20,000 nucleotides of DNA from an uncultured bacterium (GTDB lineage: Bacteria > UBP4 > UBA4092). The notes beneath the pieces were generated by a model. It did no database searches. It was not told the origin of the DNA and was given only the letters and a program-made list of their open reading frames with translations. A program made the translations under genes and the position numbers. The stretch spans positions 58,326-78,325 of the forward strand of contig CAZXWN010000012.1 of NCBI GenBank assembly GCA_964644695.1. Direction: 5' to 3'. The stretch's first letter is position 1, and each line of letters begins with the position of its first letter. Shown here one piece after another: positions 9,480 through 18,783 of the stretch.

Positions 9480-9649
9480 TACAAAATAAATAGGTGTGCT
9501 TGAACACTGAGAGGTCTGTCCAATTTATGTTTTTGGACAAATTAATATTTTATGTTAACTGAATTGATTAAAGAAAGGTTTGGAGAATGAACACTAAAAA
9601 TAGTCTGAACTCCAATCATGATATAAAGTGTGTTGAAGGGAGACCTGTC

Positions 9650-12600
9650 ATGCCGATGAACAGAAATATTCTTTGGATCGTAATCTCATTGATCTTGTCT
9701 TTAATGCTGGCCTCATATTCGAGTGCGGCTGGATATAAAGCCACGGAAGTAAGTGGTATCACCAAGAAATCAGGTGGACAGGCTTCAGCATCTACAGTGA
9801 AGATGACTTCGAAATTGCCTGTTGATGCGCATATTTCTGACCAGATTGTTATTGGCTATAAGTCGCAGATTACAAGCGCTGATTCACAAAGTATTGCGGC
9901 TACCTATAATGTGAAAATCCTCAAAACCTCTGAATTCAACAATTATCAGTTAGTTCAAATTCCTGAAGGTAAAACAGTTGAGGAAATGACGAAGGTCTTG
10001 AGTAAAGACTCTCGAATTGCTTATGCTGAACCTAATTATTTAATGGAAATATATGGATATAATCCCAACGATCCCTATGTCAATGACACAACTTTTATCG
10101 AAGGGGTATCCACTGGAATAGATCCTAATGAAATTGTCTGGAATTATTATTATAATGACAGCACAGGTCATTATAGAGAAGTCCATACCTATCAAGATTA
10201 TTTATATCGCTTAGGTCTTCTTGACTTGCCGGGCGTTGAGTCTCCTTTATTTAATATATATGGAGTTTATTCATTTACTGCTTCTGGTGAATCTTCCGCA
10301 GGAACCGCTCATCTCGATATTGATCCTGTATTCTCTGTTTACAGTGTTACCCGGGGTTCAAGCAGCGTAAAGGTTGCTGTGCTTGATAGTGGTATTGATA
10401 AAGACCATGAGGATTTAACTGGAAAAATTGAACGAACTTGGAACTATGTGGGTACAGCCAATGATGGAGATGCTCCAGACACAAATGGACATGGAACACA
10501 AGTGGCTGGCGTAATTGCCGCCAGTGGAAATAATGGAAAAGGTGTCCATGGAATTGCTCCCAATGTGAGACTTATTGCGCTTAAAGTAATGAGTGGTGAT
10601 ACTGGAAGTACTTATGATATTGCAGAAGCCATTACGGGTGCTGCTGAAAGATGGGGCGCTAACATAATAAATATGAGTTTTGGTGCCACTTTTAGCCAAT
10701 TTTCTCCTCCCTCGCACATGATTACGGCATTGGAAAAAGCAAAATCTGCCGGATGTCATTTAGTTGCCGCCATGGGAAATGACTCTCGTGATTTCTCTGC
10801 ACCAACATCTGGAAATATCCCTAATGGCCCATGGGTTTTCCCTGCCATGTACCCCGGTGTTATTGGTGTTGGTTCCTGGAATATGAGATATAACTATTCC
10901 AATGATACAGTTTATGAACCTATTATCCCAAGCTATACCAATAAGGGTTGGAGATATGTGACTCCTTCTTATGCCTTAATGTCTGCTTACACCTATGGTT
11001 ATGATTCAGTTACTTGGGGAATGTATACATCAACTAATAATAGATTGTTTAATTATGGACTCTTGTCAGTTTCTGGGAGCATAAAATTTGATGCTGGAGA
11101 TATTTTAGGCACTGATGTAATGGCCCCCGGTGGCGATGCGGATGACCACTTAATCGTAAGTACTTATCCATATGAAGCTGCTGCTTCAACGGCTACCAGT
11201 GACCGTTATGAAGGAATGCAAAGTACATCAATGGCCGCTGCGCAAGTTTCCGGGATGCTTGGATTACTTTTGTCGGCCAAAGGAACGAACTTAAGTCGAG
11301 ATTATGTTCGAAATGTTTTATATCAATCTTCTTTAAATCCTTATAGTATGGTCAGTAACAGACCTGTTACCTTTGGTGATTACACGACGATTACCGGGTA
11401 TGGTTTGCCTGTACCTGCTAGGATGATGGAAAATAGAGTTCTTGTTGTAGATTATATTATTAACGATGCTCCTTCTGTCGATGGCCGCGTTGGTAATGGT
11501 GATGGGTTACTGAATTCTTCTGAAACGGTTGATATTCAACTCGGAGTCTATAATGCAATAGGTGCAGATTTAATTGGGACCTATGGTGTTCTTTCTTCTA
11601 ATGATGCTAATGTGACTGTCATCCAGGCTACAGGTCAATATGGAACGATAACCTCTGGATCTCTTGCTTATAATACAACTGGTTATAGAATCTCTCTAGC
11701 TAGTGTTTCTGACCCCTATACAGCAAAGATGACTCTTTACCTGCACTATATGGCTGGGGGCGATGAGCGCATTATGGCAGTCCCCGTTGAAATCCCCGTT
11801 TCCTTCAATGCCGGAGTGAGCAATCTCAGATTACAATCGGTTGAAATAATTGATGACTCGTATCGGGGAGCTGTTGGTAATGGTGATGGTCGCGCAGAGC
11901 CAGGTGAGACAGTCTTAGTTAAGTTAAATGTCCTTAATTATGGGGCTCCAGTGAGTAATGCCTATGCTGAGTTATCAACTGTTCATCCTCAGGCTAATGT
12001 GTATTATTCACCCGCAGGGCTTTTCTCTAATGGAAGTACAACTATTCCATTAAATGCCTACGCTGAAAACTCACCCTATTTCCAATTAAAATTTAATAAC
12101 TATACCTATACAACTAAACAAGATGTCACACTTTATATCACTATCTATAGTGAAAGCAGCGCTGTAACCTACTCGTTCACATTTACCCTATACCCCAAAG
12201 TTGGTGGCATTTATCATCAGCTCCAGACAGAGAAAGTAAATGTGGAACAGCTGAGTCGGTGGAACTATGGTGTTAATGGATATTTGGGTGATTATAAGAC
12301 TATTTTGTCACCTTCTATATATGACAATTTAGATCAAAATTTAACCTTAAGTAATCCATTGATTAATAACACGGGATTTATCCTCACGAAGGCAAGTGGG
12401 GCTCCACTTACTTCTGAATTATATGTTCACAGTGCATTACCTCATAATATTGTGTATGATTCACACTATACCGGTAAATTAGATGCAATAAAAATCTATG
12501 GACCTCAAACTGAATATTACTCTGGATACTATATAAGTAGCACTTACTCAAATGCTACGATTTATGGTATGGCGAGCCTTTCTGCCAATGGGGGATACAC

Positions 12601-15600
12601 AATTTTTGATGATACAACTTACCGAACTACATACGACAGAATAACTTCAGCAAAAGATGATGAAGGGGTTCTGATATCAAGAGATGTCATTGGGCAGTCT
12701 TATACCTATGCCATGATGGAAACCCTCATCACTGCAACCGCCGTACAGGGTTTTTATGGTAATGAAGTTTATACACCAACGGGTGGCGTTCCTATTACTA
12801 AGAAAGAATGGCTTGATCGTTTCCCCATAGTGTTTGCACATGAAACGTCGTTATCTTTAGATCATTTCGAAATATATGACTATCGCGAGAGCGGTATTTC
12901 CAATGGTTTAATCGAACCCGGTGATTCTGTTAAGTTGAAACCGTTTATTAGGAATAACGCACCTTGGGGATTAGCCTATTCTTACATGCTGGCTGGTGAT
13001 ACTACAGCTGATCCACCAACAGAAGATGAAGTGATTGATTATCCCTTGATGGCTAGGCTGGTAGTGGACGATCCCTATATCACTGTATCCGTTCCCACTG
13101 TTATGTTTGATCCAACCAATGTTTATAATCCCAGTAAACAGACTTTTGTGACTGATGGGGGTGCCTTTGAGTTTACTGTATCACCTGGCATGCCTCAGAA
13201 CCATAAAATCTATTTTGAAGTTCAGGTTTTGGGTATAATTGACACTTCTATTCCATACCCGTACTTGGTCACGGACACAACTAATACAGATATTTTGAAA
13301 GCAGTGAGTGAATATACAACCTTCTACTGCCCTGGCTGGTTAGAGAGTGGTCAGCTGGTTGTATATGATGGAACAACATCGCAGGCTGGTACCAGCTTGA
13401 CAGATCCTCTTCAGTTTGTAGATAGAATGGTATCCAGAACTTATTGGACGAATAGTAATTTTGGACCTAATCCTAAGCATTTATTGAGCTGGAATGATGG
13501 TATCGCCAAGAATACTACGTATCTTGCGTACACAACAGCTATTTACAATAATGGTGATGGACTCATAAATCCGGGAGAGAATATTAGTTTGAATTTCTCT
13601 GTTTGGAACCGTAACTTTAATGATGAGGTCAATGGTATTACTGCATATTTAAGTACTACCGATGATGGTGTTTACATTACTGACAGTACTGTCCGGGTGG
13701 GTAGCTTATCTGGAAGAGAAATTGTTCGAGTGAATGATGCTTTTGGATTCTATACGCATTTGGATTTTCTGAAGCCATCAATCAAATTCCATATTACATT
13801 TAAAGATACTCAGGGACGGAGTTACGATAACAGCATTGATGTTCCGGTGAAAAAATCTTATCCTCCACAATTACCTGGTTTCCCTGTCGCTTTAGACCAG
13901 AGGATAACATCTTCTCCAACCATTGCGGATTTTGATTCTGATGGTATTGTAGAGGCCATTATTGGTCAACAGTCTGGTAAAGTATCTGCTTACAAAATTA
14001 CTTTCCCGAAATTTGAGATGGCAAATGATTCGACCTACAGTATGGTGCCCAACCCTGTTTGGCAAGTATCCTGTGGCATCCCGGTAAACATTTCTCCAGC
14101 TGTGGGTGATATTGATGGTAGCGGATCTAAAGCTGTTGTTGTTGTTGCCAGTGATGGTAACCTTTATGCGTGGAGTACCACAGGGCAAAGCTATGGAAAC
14201 TCTACAGGTCTTTTGGTTAACCTGCGTCAGAGTGGAAATACTTTATGGACACCTCCTGTCCTTGTTGATTTAGATTCCAGTAAGCCAGGTTTAGAGATTG
14301 TTGCTGGTGGAACTTATAGTGATGGCGCTACTATCAAGGGGCAGATCTTCGCTTTCAGTTCGGATGGGCAGCCTATCGGATTCTTTGGTTCCCAGTGGTC
14401 CAGAGATGGTCTGCTAAATGGACCTGTTTATGTGGCACCCGCAATTATCGAGGATGACCCTGCTGATCCCAAAGTGGTCGTTGCTTCCAGATTAGGTGAA
14501 GTGATTATCTACGGCAAGAATGGGTTGATGCAGCACCAGTACAATATCCCTGGTAATATTACTATTAATGCACCACCAGTAATTGTTGATATTGATCAAG
14601 ATGGTTCTAGTGATGTCGTTGTAAAATGTAGCGATGGTAATATTTGGGCTATCAGTGGTGATGGGACATTGAAGAATGGTTTCCCCGTTATGACAGGTGG
14701 TAGTGTTGCAACACCTCTGGCTGTTTATGATAGTAACTTCGATGGTTTCCCAGAGATTATCTGCGGTGGTACAGATGCCGTTTCATATGTATATTATGAT
14801 GCTTTGAGTACACTTGCTTATTCGAACGAAATGCCAATTTATGGGTTTGGAAAGACTAATATTGTTGCCCAGCCAGCTATGGTAGATATGGATCGTGATG
14901 AATATACGGAAATGGCTGTTACTGATGCCGAAGGCGCCCTGCAAGCATACCAAGTCGCTGTATCGGCAGACCCTGACAATGCAGGGCTTGTTAATTCCAT
15001 TCTGAATAACATTTATGCAACACCGACTTCCTTTGGTTTTATGAATAATTCTCCAGCTGTTGTGCGACTTGCAAACCCATACTCCCCGTCCATTGGTGGT
15101 GATCCAATGAACCATGTTGTTGTTGTGAATGGAAACAAGGGGAACGTTGGTTCTGTGTATGCATTCTTGGTGCAGTACGATTCAGACACAGCCAATTACT
15201 TCTGGCCACAGTTCCGCCGTGATGAACGTCATACAGGATTGTATATGGCTCCTTCCGTTCCATTGTCTAATCCGAATCTTCAGGTTATCCGTACTGATGT
15301 TGGATTGAATGTTTCCGGCGATGCCTTCTCGACTGGTGTTAAATCGAAAACATTGGTCCCGGGTGACACTGTCGATCTTTATGTTCTCTTGAGCAACTTG
15401 GGTCTTGGTAATGCGAAGTCCGTCGAAGGTGTTTTAAGCTGTAGTAATTCAGATATCACAATTACAAAGAATTCTTCAGCGTATGGCGATGTGGCTCCGG
15501 GTGCAATTGTGAAAAACCAGGAAGGATTCCGGGTAACCCTGAATTCCAACATGGCCATTCCTTCTTCCGGCAAAGTCATATTCAAACTGGCGGTTACCTT

Positions 15601-15706
15601 TGTCAATGATAAAGGTCAGGCTGATTCACTTTCTCTGAATGTTGTGGTGCCCGTGAGCTCGCAGCGTACTGATGAAACACCCGTGAAGAACTGGGAGCTT
15701 TACTAA
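9650..15706 (+). CDS. large secreted S8 (subtilisin-like) serine peptidase with prodomain, five Ig-like modules and FG-GAP/beta-propeller repeats
   Basis: Triad VLDSG / HGTQVAG / STSMA, oxyanion MGND and prodomain ending YAEPNY. The start is more likely ATG 9650 (AAGGGAG 7 nt upstream, followed by signal peptide MPMNRNILWIV...SSA) than 9587. Confidence 0.9.
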   Translation: MPMNRNILWIVISLILSLMLASYSSAAGYKATEVSGITKKSGGQASASTVKMTSKLPVDAHISDQIVIGYKSQITSADSQSIAATYNVKILKTSEFNNYQLVQIPEGKTVEEMTKVLSKDSRIAYAEPNYLMEIYGYNPNDPYVNDTTFIEGVSTGIDPNEIVWNYYYNDSTGHYREVHTYQDYLYRLGLLDLPGVESPLFNIYGVYSFTASGESSAGTAHLDIDPVFSVYSVTRGSSSVKVAVLDSGIDKDHEDLTGKIERTWNYVGTANDGDAPDTNGHGTQVAGVIAASGNNGKGVHGIAPNVRLIALKVMSGDTGSTYDIAEAITGAAERWGANIINMSFGATFSQFSPPSHMITALEKAKSAGCHLVAAMGNDSRDFSAPTSGNIPNGPWVFPAMYPGVIGVGSWNMRYNYSNDTVYEPIIPSYTNKGWRYVTPSYALMSAYTYGYDSVTWGMYTSTNNRLFNYGLLSVSGSIKFDAGDILGTDVMAPGGDADDHLIVSTYPYEAAASTATSDRYEGMQSTSMAAAQVSGMLGLLLSAKGTNLSRDYVRNVLYQSSLNPYSMVSNRPVTFGDYTTITGYGLPVPARMMENRVLVVDYIINDAPSVDGRVGNGDGLLNSSETVDIQLGVYNAIGADLIGTYGVLSSNDANVTVIQATGQYGTITSGSLAYNTTGYRISLASVSDPYTAKMTLYLHYMAGGDERIMAVPVEIPVSFNAGVSNLRLQSVEIIDDSYRGAVGNGDGRAEPGETVLVKLNVLNYGAPVSNAYAELSTVHPQANVYYSPAGLFSNGSTTIPLNAYAENSPYFQLKFNNYTYTTKQDVTLYITIYSESSAVTYSFTFTLYPKVGGIYHQLQTEKVNVEQLSRWNYGVNGYLGDYKTILSPSIYDNLDQNLTLSNPLINNTGFILTKASGAPLTSELYVHSALPHNIVYDSHYTGKLDAIKIYGPQTEYYSGYYISSTYSNATIYGMASLSANGGYTIFDDTTYRTTYDRITSAKDDEGVLISRDVIGQSYTYAMMETLITATAVQGFYGNEVYTPTGGVPITKKEWLDRFPIVFAHETSLSLDHFEIYDYRESGISNGLIEPGDSVKLKPFIRNNAPWGLAYSYMLAGDTTADPPTEDEVIDYPLMARLVVDDPYITVSVPTVMFDPTNVYNPSKQTFVTDGGAFEFTVSPGMPQNHKIYFEVQVLGIIDTSIPYPYLVTDTTNTDILKAVSEYTTFYCPGWLESGQLVVYDGTTSQAGTSLTDPLQFVDRMVSRTYWTNSNFGPNPKHLLSWNDGIAKNTTYLAYTTAIYNNGDGLINPGENISLNFSVWNRNFNDEVNGITAYLSTTDDGVYITDSTVRVGSLSGREIVRVNDAFGFYTHLDFLKPSIKFHITFKDTQGRSYDNSIDVPVKKSYPPQLPGFPVALDQRITSSPTIADFDSDGIVEAIIGQQSGKVSAYKITFPKFEMANDSTYSMVPNPVWQVSCGIPVNISPAVGDIDGSGSKAVVVVASDGNLYAWSTTGQSYGNSTGLLVNLRQSGNTLWTPPVLVDLDSSKPGLEIVAGGTYSDGATIKGQIFAFSSDGQPIGFFGSQWSRDGLLNGPVYVAPAIIEDDPADPKVVVASRLGEVIIYGKNGLMQHQYNIPGNITINAPPVIVDIDQDGSSDVVVKCSDGNIWAISGDGTLKNGFPVMTGGSVATPLAVYDSNFDGFPEIICGGTDAVSYVYYDALSTLAYSNEMPIYGFGKTNIVAQPAMVDMDRDEYTEMAVTDAEGALQAYQVAVSADPDNAGLVNSILNNIYATPTSFGFMNNSPAVVRLANPYSPSIGGDPMNHVVVVNGNKGNVGSVYAFLVQYDSDTANYFWPQFRRDERHTGLYMAPSVPLSNPNLQVIRTDVGLNVSGDAFSTGVKSKTLVPGDTVDLYVLLSNLGLGNAKSVEGVLSCSNSDITITKNSSAYGDVAPGAIVKNQEGFRVTLNSNMAIPSSGKVIFKLAVTFVNDKGQADSLSLNVVVPVSSQRTDETPVKNWELY

Positions 15707-15733
15707 AACTGTTCTATGAATAACTGATTCTTT

Positions 15734-15769
15734 ACCCCGGTTGGCATAAGTCAGCCGGGGTTTTGTTTT
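15734..15769 (+). terminator. intrinsic terminator after the S8 gene
   Basis: ACCCCGGTTGGC-ataa-GTCAGCCGGGGT followed by TTTGTTTT. Confidence 0.85.
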
Positions 15770-15829
15770 ATAATGAAAATGATTATGATGAATTGTAATT
15801 TCGCTTAGTTATTATCGTAAGGTGGATTT

Positions 15830-17413
15830 ATGTATCAAACTCAAGTATTGATTATCGGCAGTGGTATTGGTGGGTGTTCTGCAGCCATTCATTTAGCACG
15901 TGCGGGAATCAAAGTTATCATAGTGACGCCTGCTAAAGATATAAATGAATCTTCAACCTGGCACGCGCAGGGAGGAATTGTCACCTTAGGGGAAGACGAT
16001 TCAACGGAACTTTTATTTGATGATATTGTCCGGGCAGGGGACGGCCTTTGTAATCCAGAAGCTGTTCAAATCTTATCCGAATGGGGACCCCGATACGTTG
16101 AGAATTTCCTAATTAAGGATATAGGTGTTCCCTTTACTCCTGCAAATCACGGGAAACCTGGATTTGATATTACGATGGAGGCCGCGCATTCCAGACGCCG
16201 GATACTTCATGTGGTGGATGCCACAGGAAAAGCCATTGAAGAGCACTTGATGGATGCAGTTCGTAAGGAATCCAATATTACGGTTAAGTCTGAGTGTACT
16301 GCCGTTGACTTGATTACTCGAACTCACCATTCCGATAATCCCTTGGCTGTCTATGACGATTTGCGGGTAGGTGGGGCCTATGTCCTCAATAATAAAACCC
16401 GTAGCATTGAAATGATTCTCGCGACCAAAGTTATATTGGCAACCGGTGGACTTGGTCATATCTATCTTCATTCTACGAATCCCCAAGGTATCCGTGGCGA
16501 TGGTCTTGCCATGGCATATCGGGCCGGTGCCCAACTCATCAACATGGAATATATTCAATTCCATCCAACAGCGTTTTATCACCGGGACAGTCGCCGTTTT
16601 CTTATTTCCGAATCCGTTCGCGGTGAAGGTGCCTTATTAATGAACCGTGCTGGTAAATATTTCATGGATGAATACGACCCCGTTATGAAAGATCTTGCTC
16701 CACGCGATGTGGTTGCCAGATCTATCCATGAAGAGATGTTGAAGCAGTCAGATGACCATGTCTATCTTGATTTATCTCCCATCCAGAAAAAGGGAATAGA
16801 TATTGCCAAAAGATTCCCAACCATATATAACTGGTTACAGCAATATGGAATTGACATCACCCGGGAACCTATCCCAGTGGTTCCAGCCGCTCATTATTTC
16901 TGTGGCGGCGTAAAAGTGAATGGCTGGGGAGAAACTACCTTGGCTGGCCTCTATGCGGTGGGTGAAGTGAGTTGTACCGGCTTACATGGCGCCAACCGTC
17001 TGGCAAGTACTTCCCTGCTGGAGGGTCTGGTCTGGGGAATTCGTTCGGCAAAACATATCTATGAAAAATGTGGAAATGATTTTGATTTGCCTGAATGGGT
17101 AAAGACTGAAATTCCGCCATGGAAAGACCAGGGTTTGATGGAAGAAACGGATACCGCTCTGATTGTTCAGGACTGGATGACGCTTCGAACTACGATGTGG
17201 AATTATGCCGGTATAGTCAGAACTACCAAGCGGCTGGAACGCGCGCAATCTGACCTGGAATACCTGTTCCATCGGGTGGACCGCTTTTATAAGACAACCA
17301 AGCTAACGGATAATCTGGTGGGATTGCGTAATGCCATCCAGGTGGGTATTCAAGTTATTCGGTCGGCCTATCGAAATCCCGTATCACGGGGATGTCACTT
17401 CCGAAAATATTAA
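15830..17413 (+). CDS. nadB: L-aspartate oxidase
   Basis: GSGIGG FAD motif, AQGGI, EAAHSRRRILH, LATGG, QFHPT, LISESVRGEG, LAPRDVVAR, HYFCGG, GLHGANRLASTSLLE, SRGCHFR. Confidence 0.95.
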   Translation: MYQTQVLIIGSGIGGCSAAIHLARAGIKVIIVTPAKDINESSTWHAQGGIVTLGEDDSTELLFDDIVRAGDGLCNPEAVQILSEWGPRYVENFLIKDIGVPFTPANHGKPGFDITMEAAHSRRRILHVVDATGKAIEEHLMDAVRKESNITVKSECTAVDLITRTHHSDNPLAVYDDLRVGGAYVLNNKTRSIEMILATKVILATGGLGHIYLHSTNPQGIRGDGLAMAYRAGAQLINMEYIQFHPTAFYHRDSRRFLISESVRGEGALLMNRAGKYFMDEYDPVMKDLAPRDVVARSIHEEMLKQSDDHVYLDLSPIQKKGIDIAKRFPTIYNWLQQYGIDITREPIPVVPAAHYFCGGVKVNGWGETTLAGLYAVGEVSCTGLHGANRLASTSLLEGLVWGIRSAKHIYEKCGNDFDLPEWVKTEIPPWKDQGLMEETDTALIVQDWMTLRTTMWNYAGIVRTTKRLERAQSDLEYLFHRVDRFYKTTKLTDNLVGLRNAIQVGIQVIRSAYRNPVSRGCHFRKY

Positions 17414-17503
17414 ACAACCAGGGGCTGTCTTCCCCATGGGATAAACACCCCTTAGAATAAAGTAGTATAAATATCAACACTGATAGGAGCAGGTACCTCT
17501 GAT

Positions 17504-18610
17504 ATGGCTGAAAAAAAGAAGAAAACAGCTCAACCGATAGAGGAAAAACTCGCCCCGTTGCGGGAAGAAATTAATAATATTGATGAACAGATTCTGGAGG
17601 CCTTGGCCCGCAGAGCAGAATATGTCCTCAAGGTAGCGGAAGTTAAAAAGAATAACCGGGGTGCCTATTATGCTCCTCATCGGGAAAAGCAGATATATGC
17701 CCGCTTGTCGAAAATGAATAAAGGGAAATTCCCTGATGAAGCAGTCCATGCCATTTTCCGGGAAATTATGTCTGCTTCCATTGCCATGGAAAAGCCTCAA
17801 AAAATCGCCTACCTTGGACCAGAAGCCTCCTATACTCACATGGCCAGTTTACATAAGTTTGGGTCGCAGATGGAATTTGTGGCGATGGATTCTATTGAGG
17901 CTGTATTTACGGAAGTCGGCAAGGGGTGGGCGGATTATGGTGTCGTTCCCATTGAAAACTCAACGGAAGGTGTCATCAGTAATACCCTTGATATGTTTAT
18001 TGATTCCGAAATGAAAATCTGTTCTGAAATAGTGATGCCTATTTCCCATAATCTTATTTCTTTGGAATCTGACTTTAAGAAAATCAAAAAGGTATATTCC
18101 CGTGACAGTGCCCTGGCACAGTGTCATCAGTGGTTGGCTAACAATCTTCCCAATGCGGAGCTGGTTGCTGTCTCCAGCACTACGAGAGGCGTCCAGATGG
18201 CGAAACGGTCCAACAAGTCAGCGGCAATTTCCAGTGAACTGGCATCTTCCCTTTACAAAGTTCCCATTCAGGCAAAAGGCATCGAGGATATGACGGGGAA
18301 CCGAACACGATTTCTGGTTATCAGCCTGAAAGAAAGCGAACGATCTGGCGATGACAAAACCTCCCTCTTATTTTCCATAAAAGATAAAGTCGGTGCCCTG
18401 TATAATGCGTTGCGGCCTTTTTACAAATTAGGGATTAACATGACGCGGATTGAGTCTCGGCCCTCCCGAAGGAAGGCTTGGGATTATGTCTTCTTTGTTG
18501 ATATCCTGGGTTATAAAGATGATCCAAAATTAGCAAAGGCTCTCAGTGAGGTTTCCGAGCATTGTGCGTTCCTCAAAGTTCTTGGTTCTTACCCCATCAG
18601 TACCGAATAA
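17504..18610 (+). CDS. pheA: bifunctional chorismate mutase / prephenate dehydratase (P-protein)
   Basis: AroQ domain (LREEINNIDEQIL..L..R), PDT domain (YLGP, PIENSTEG, NRTRF), ACT domain (GAL, IESRP, FFVD, LGSYP). Confidence 0.95.
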   Translation: MAEKKKKTAQPIEEKLAPLREEINNIDEQILEALARRAEYVLKVAEVKKNNRGAYYAPHREKQIYARLSKMNKGKFPDEAVHAIFREIMSASIAMEKPQKIAYLGPEASYTHMASLHKFGSQMEFVAMDSIEAVFTEVGKGWADYGVVPIENSTEGVISNTLDMFIDSEMKICSEIVMPISHNLISLESDFKKIKKVYSRDSALAQCHQWLANNLPNAELVAVSSTTRGVQMAKRSNKSAAISSELASSLYKVPIQAKGIEDMTGNRTRFLVISLKESERSGDDKTSLLFSIKDKVGALYNALRPFYKLGINMTRIESRPSRRKAWDYVFFVDILGYKDDPKLAKALSEVSEHCAFLKVLGSYPISTE

Positions 18611-18661
18611 ATAGGGTCAAATAACCCCATCTAAATATTAAATGGGGTCTGAATACCCCAT
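18611..18661. promoter_or_regulatory. two tandem 20-bp palindromes, candidate upstream activator sites for a sigma-54 enhancer-binding protein
   Basis: ATAGGGT-caaata-ACCCCAT (18611-18630) and ATGGGGT-ctgaat-ACCCCAT (18642-18661), offset 31 bp. Confidence 0.55.
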
Positions 18662-18670
18662 ATAATAACC

Positions 18671-18706
18671 AAAAGCCCTTCCGATTTAAGGAAGGGCTTT
18701 TTTATT
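18671..18706 (+). terminator. intrinsic terminator after pheA
   Basis: AAAAGCCCTTCC-gatttaa-GGAAGGGCTTTT followed by TTATT. Confidence 0.88.
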
Positions 18707-18718
18707 AAAACATTGATT
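18706..18718 (-). promoter_or_regulatory. IHF-binding core consensus
   Basis: Minus strand AATCAA-tgtt-TTA fits WATCAA-N4-TTR exactly, and lies between the palindromes and the -24/-12 element. Confidence 0.5.
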
Positions 18719-18756
18719 ATATTGACGATACAGAAATTATTGCTTTATTCCAATGG

Positions 18757-18773
18757 TTGGCACGAATATTGCT
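18757..18773 (+). promoter_or_regulatory. sigma-54 (RpoN) -24/-12 promoter
   Basis: T-TGGCACG-aata-TTGCT is a perfect match to TGGCACG-N4-TTGCW; predicted +1 about 18784. Confidence 0.85.
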
Positions 18774-18783
18774 CTATATATAA

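Noticed and set aside
9635-9644. S8 gene RBS (GAAGGGAG) as a target of the sRNA C-rich loop
   Set aside because: The match is only 7/8 to a generic SD-like sequence, so it is not specific.
17420-17451. GC hairpin between nadB and pheA as a terminator or attenuator
   Set aside because: The stem is imperfect, and there is no U-tract or Phe-rich leader peptide.
1200-18293. Many short antisense or alternate-frame ORFs inside the main genes
   Set aside because: They overlap well-supported genes and have no motifs; they look like shadow ORFs.
18591-18661. Mini CRISPR array
   Set aside because: There are only 2-3 degenerate units with a 31-33 bp period, no spacers of proper length and no cas genes.
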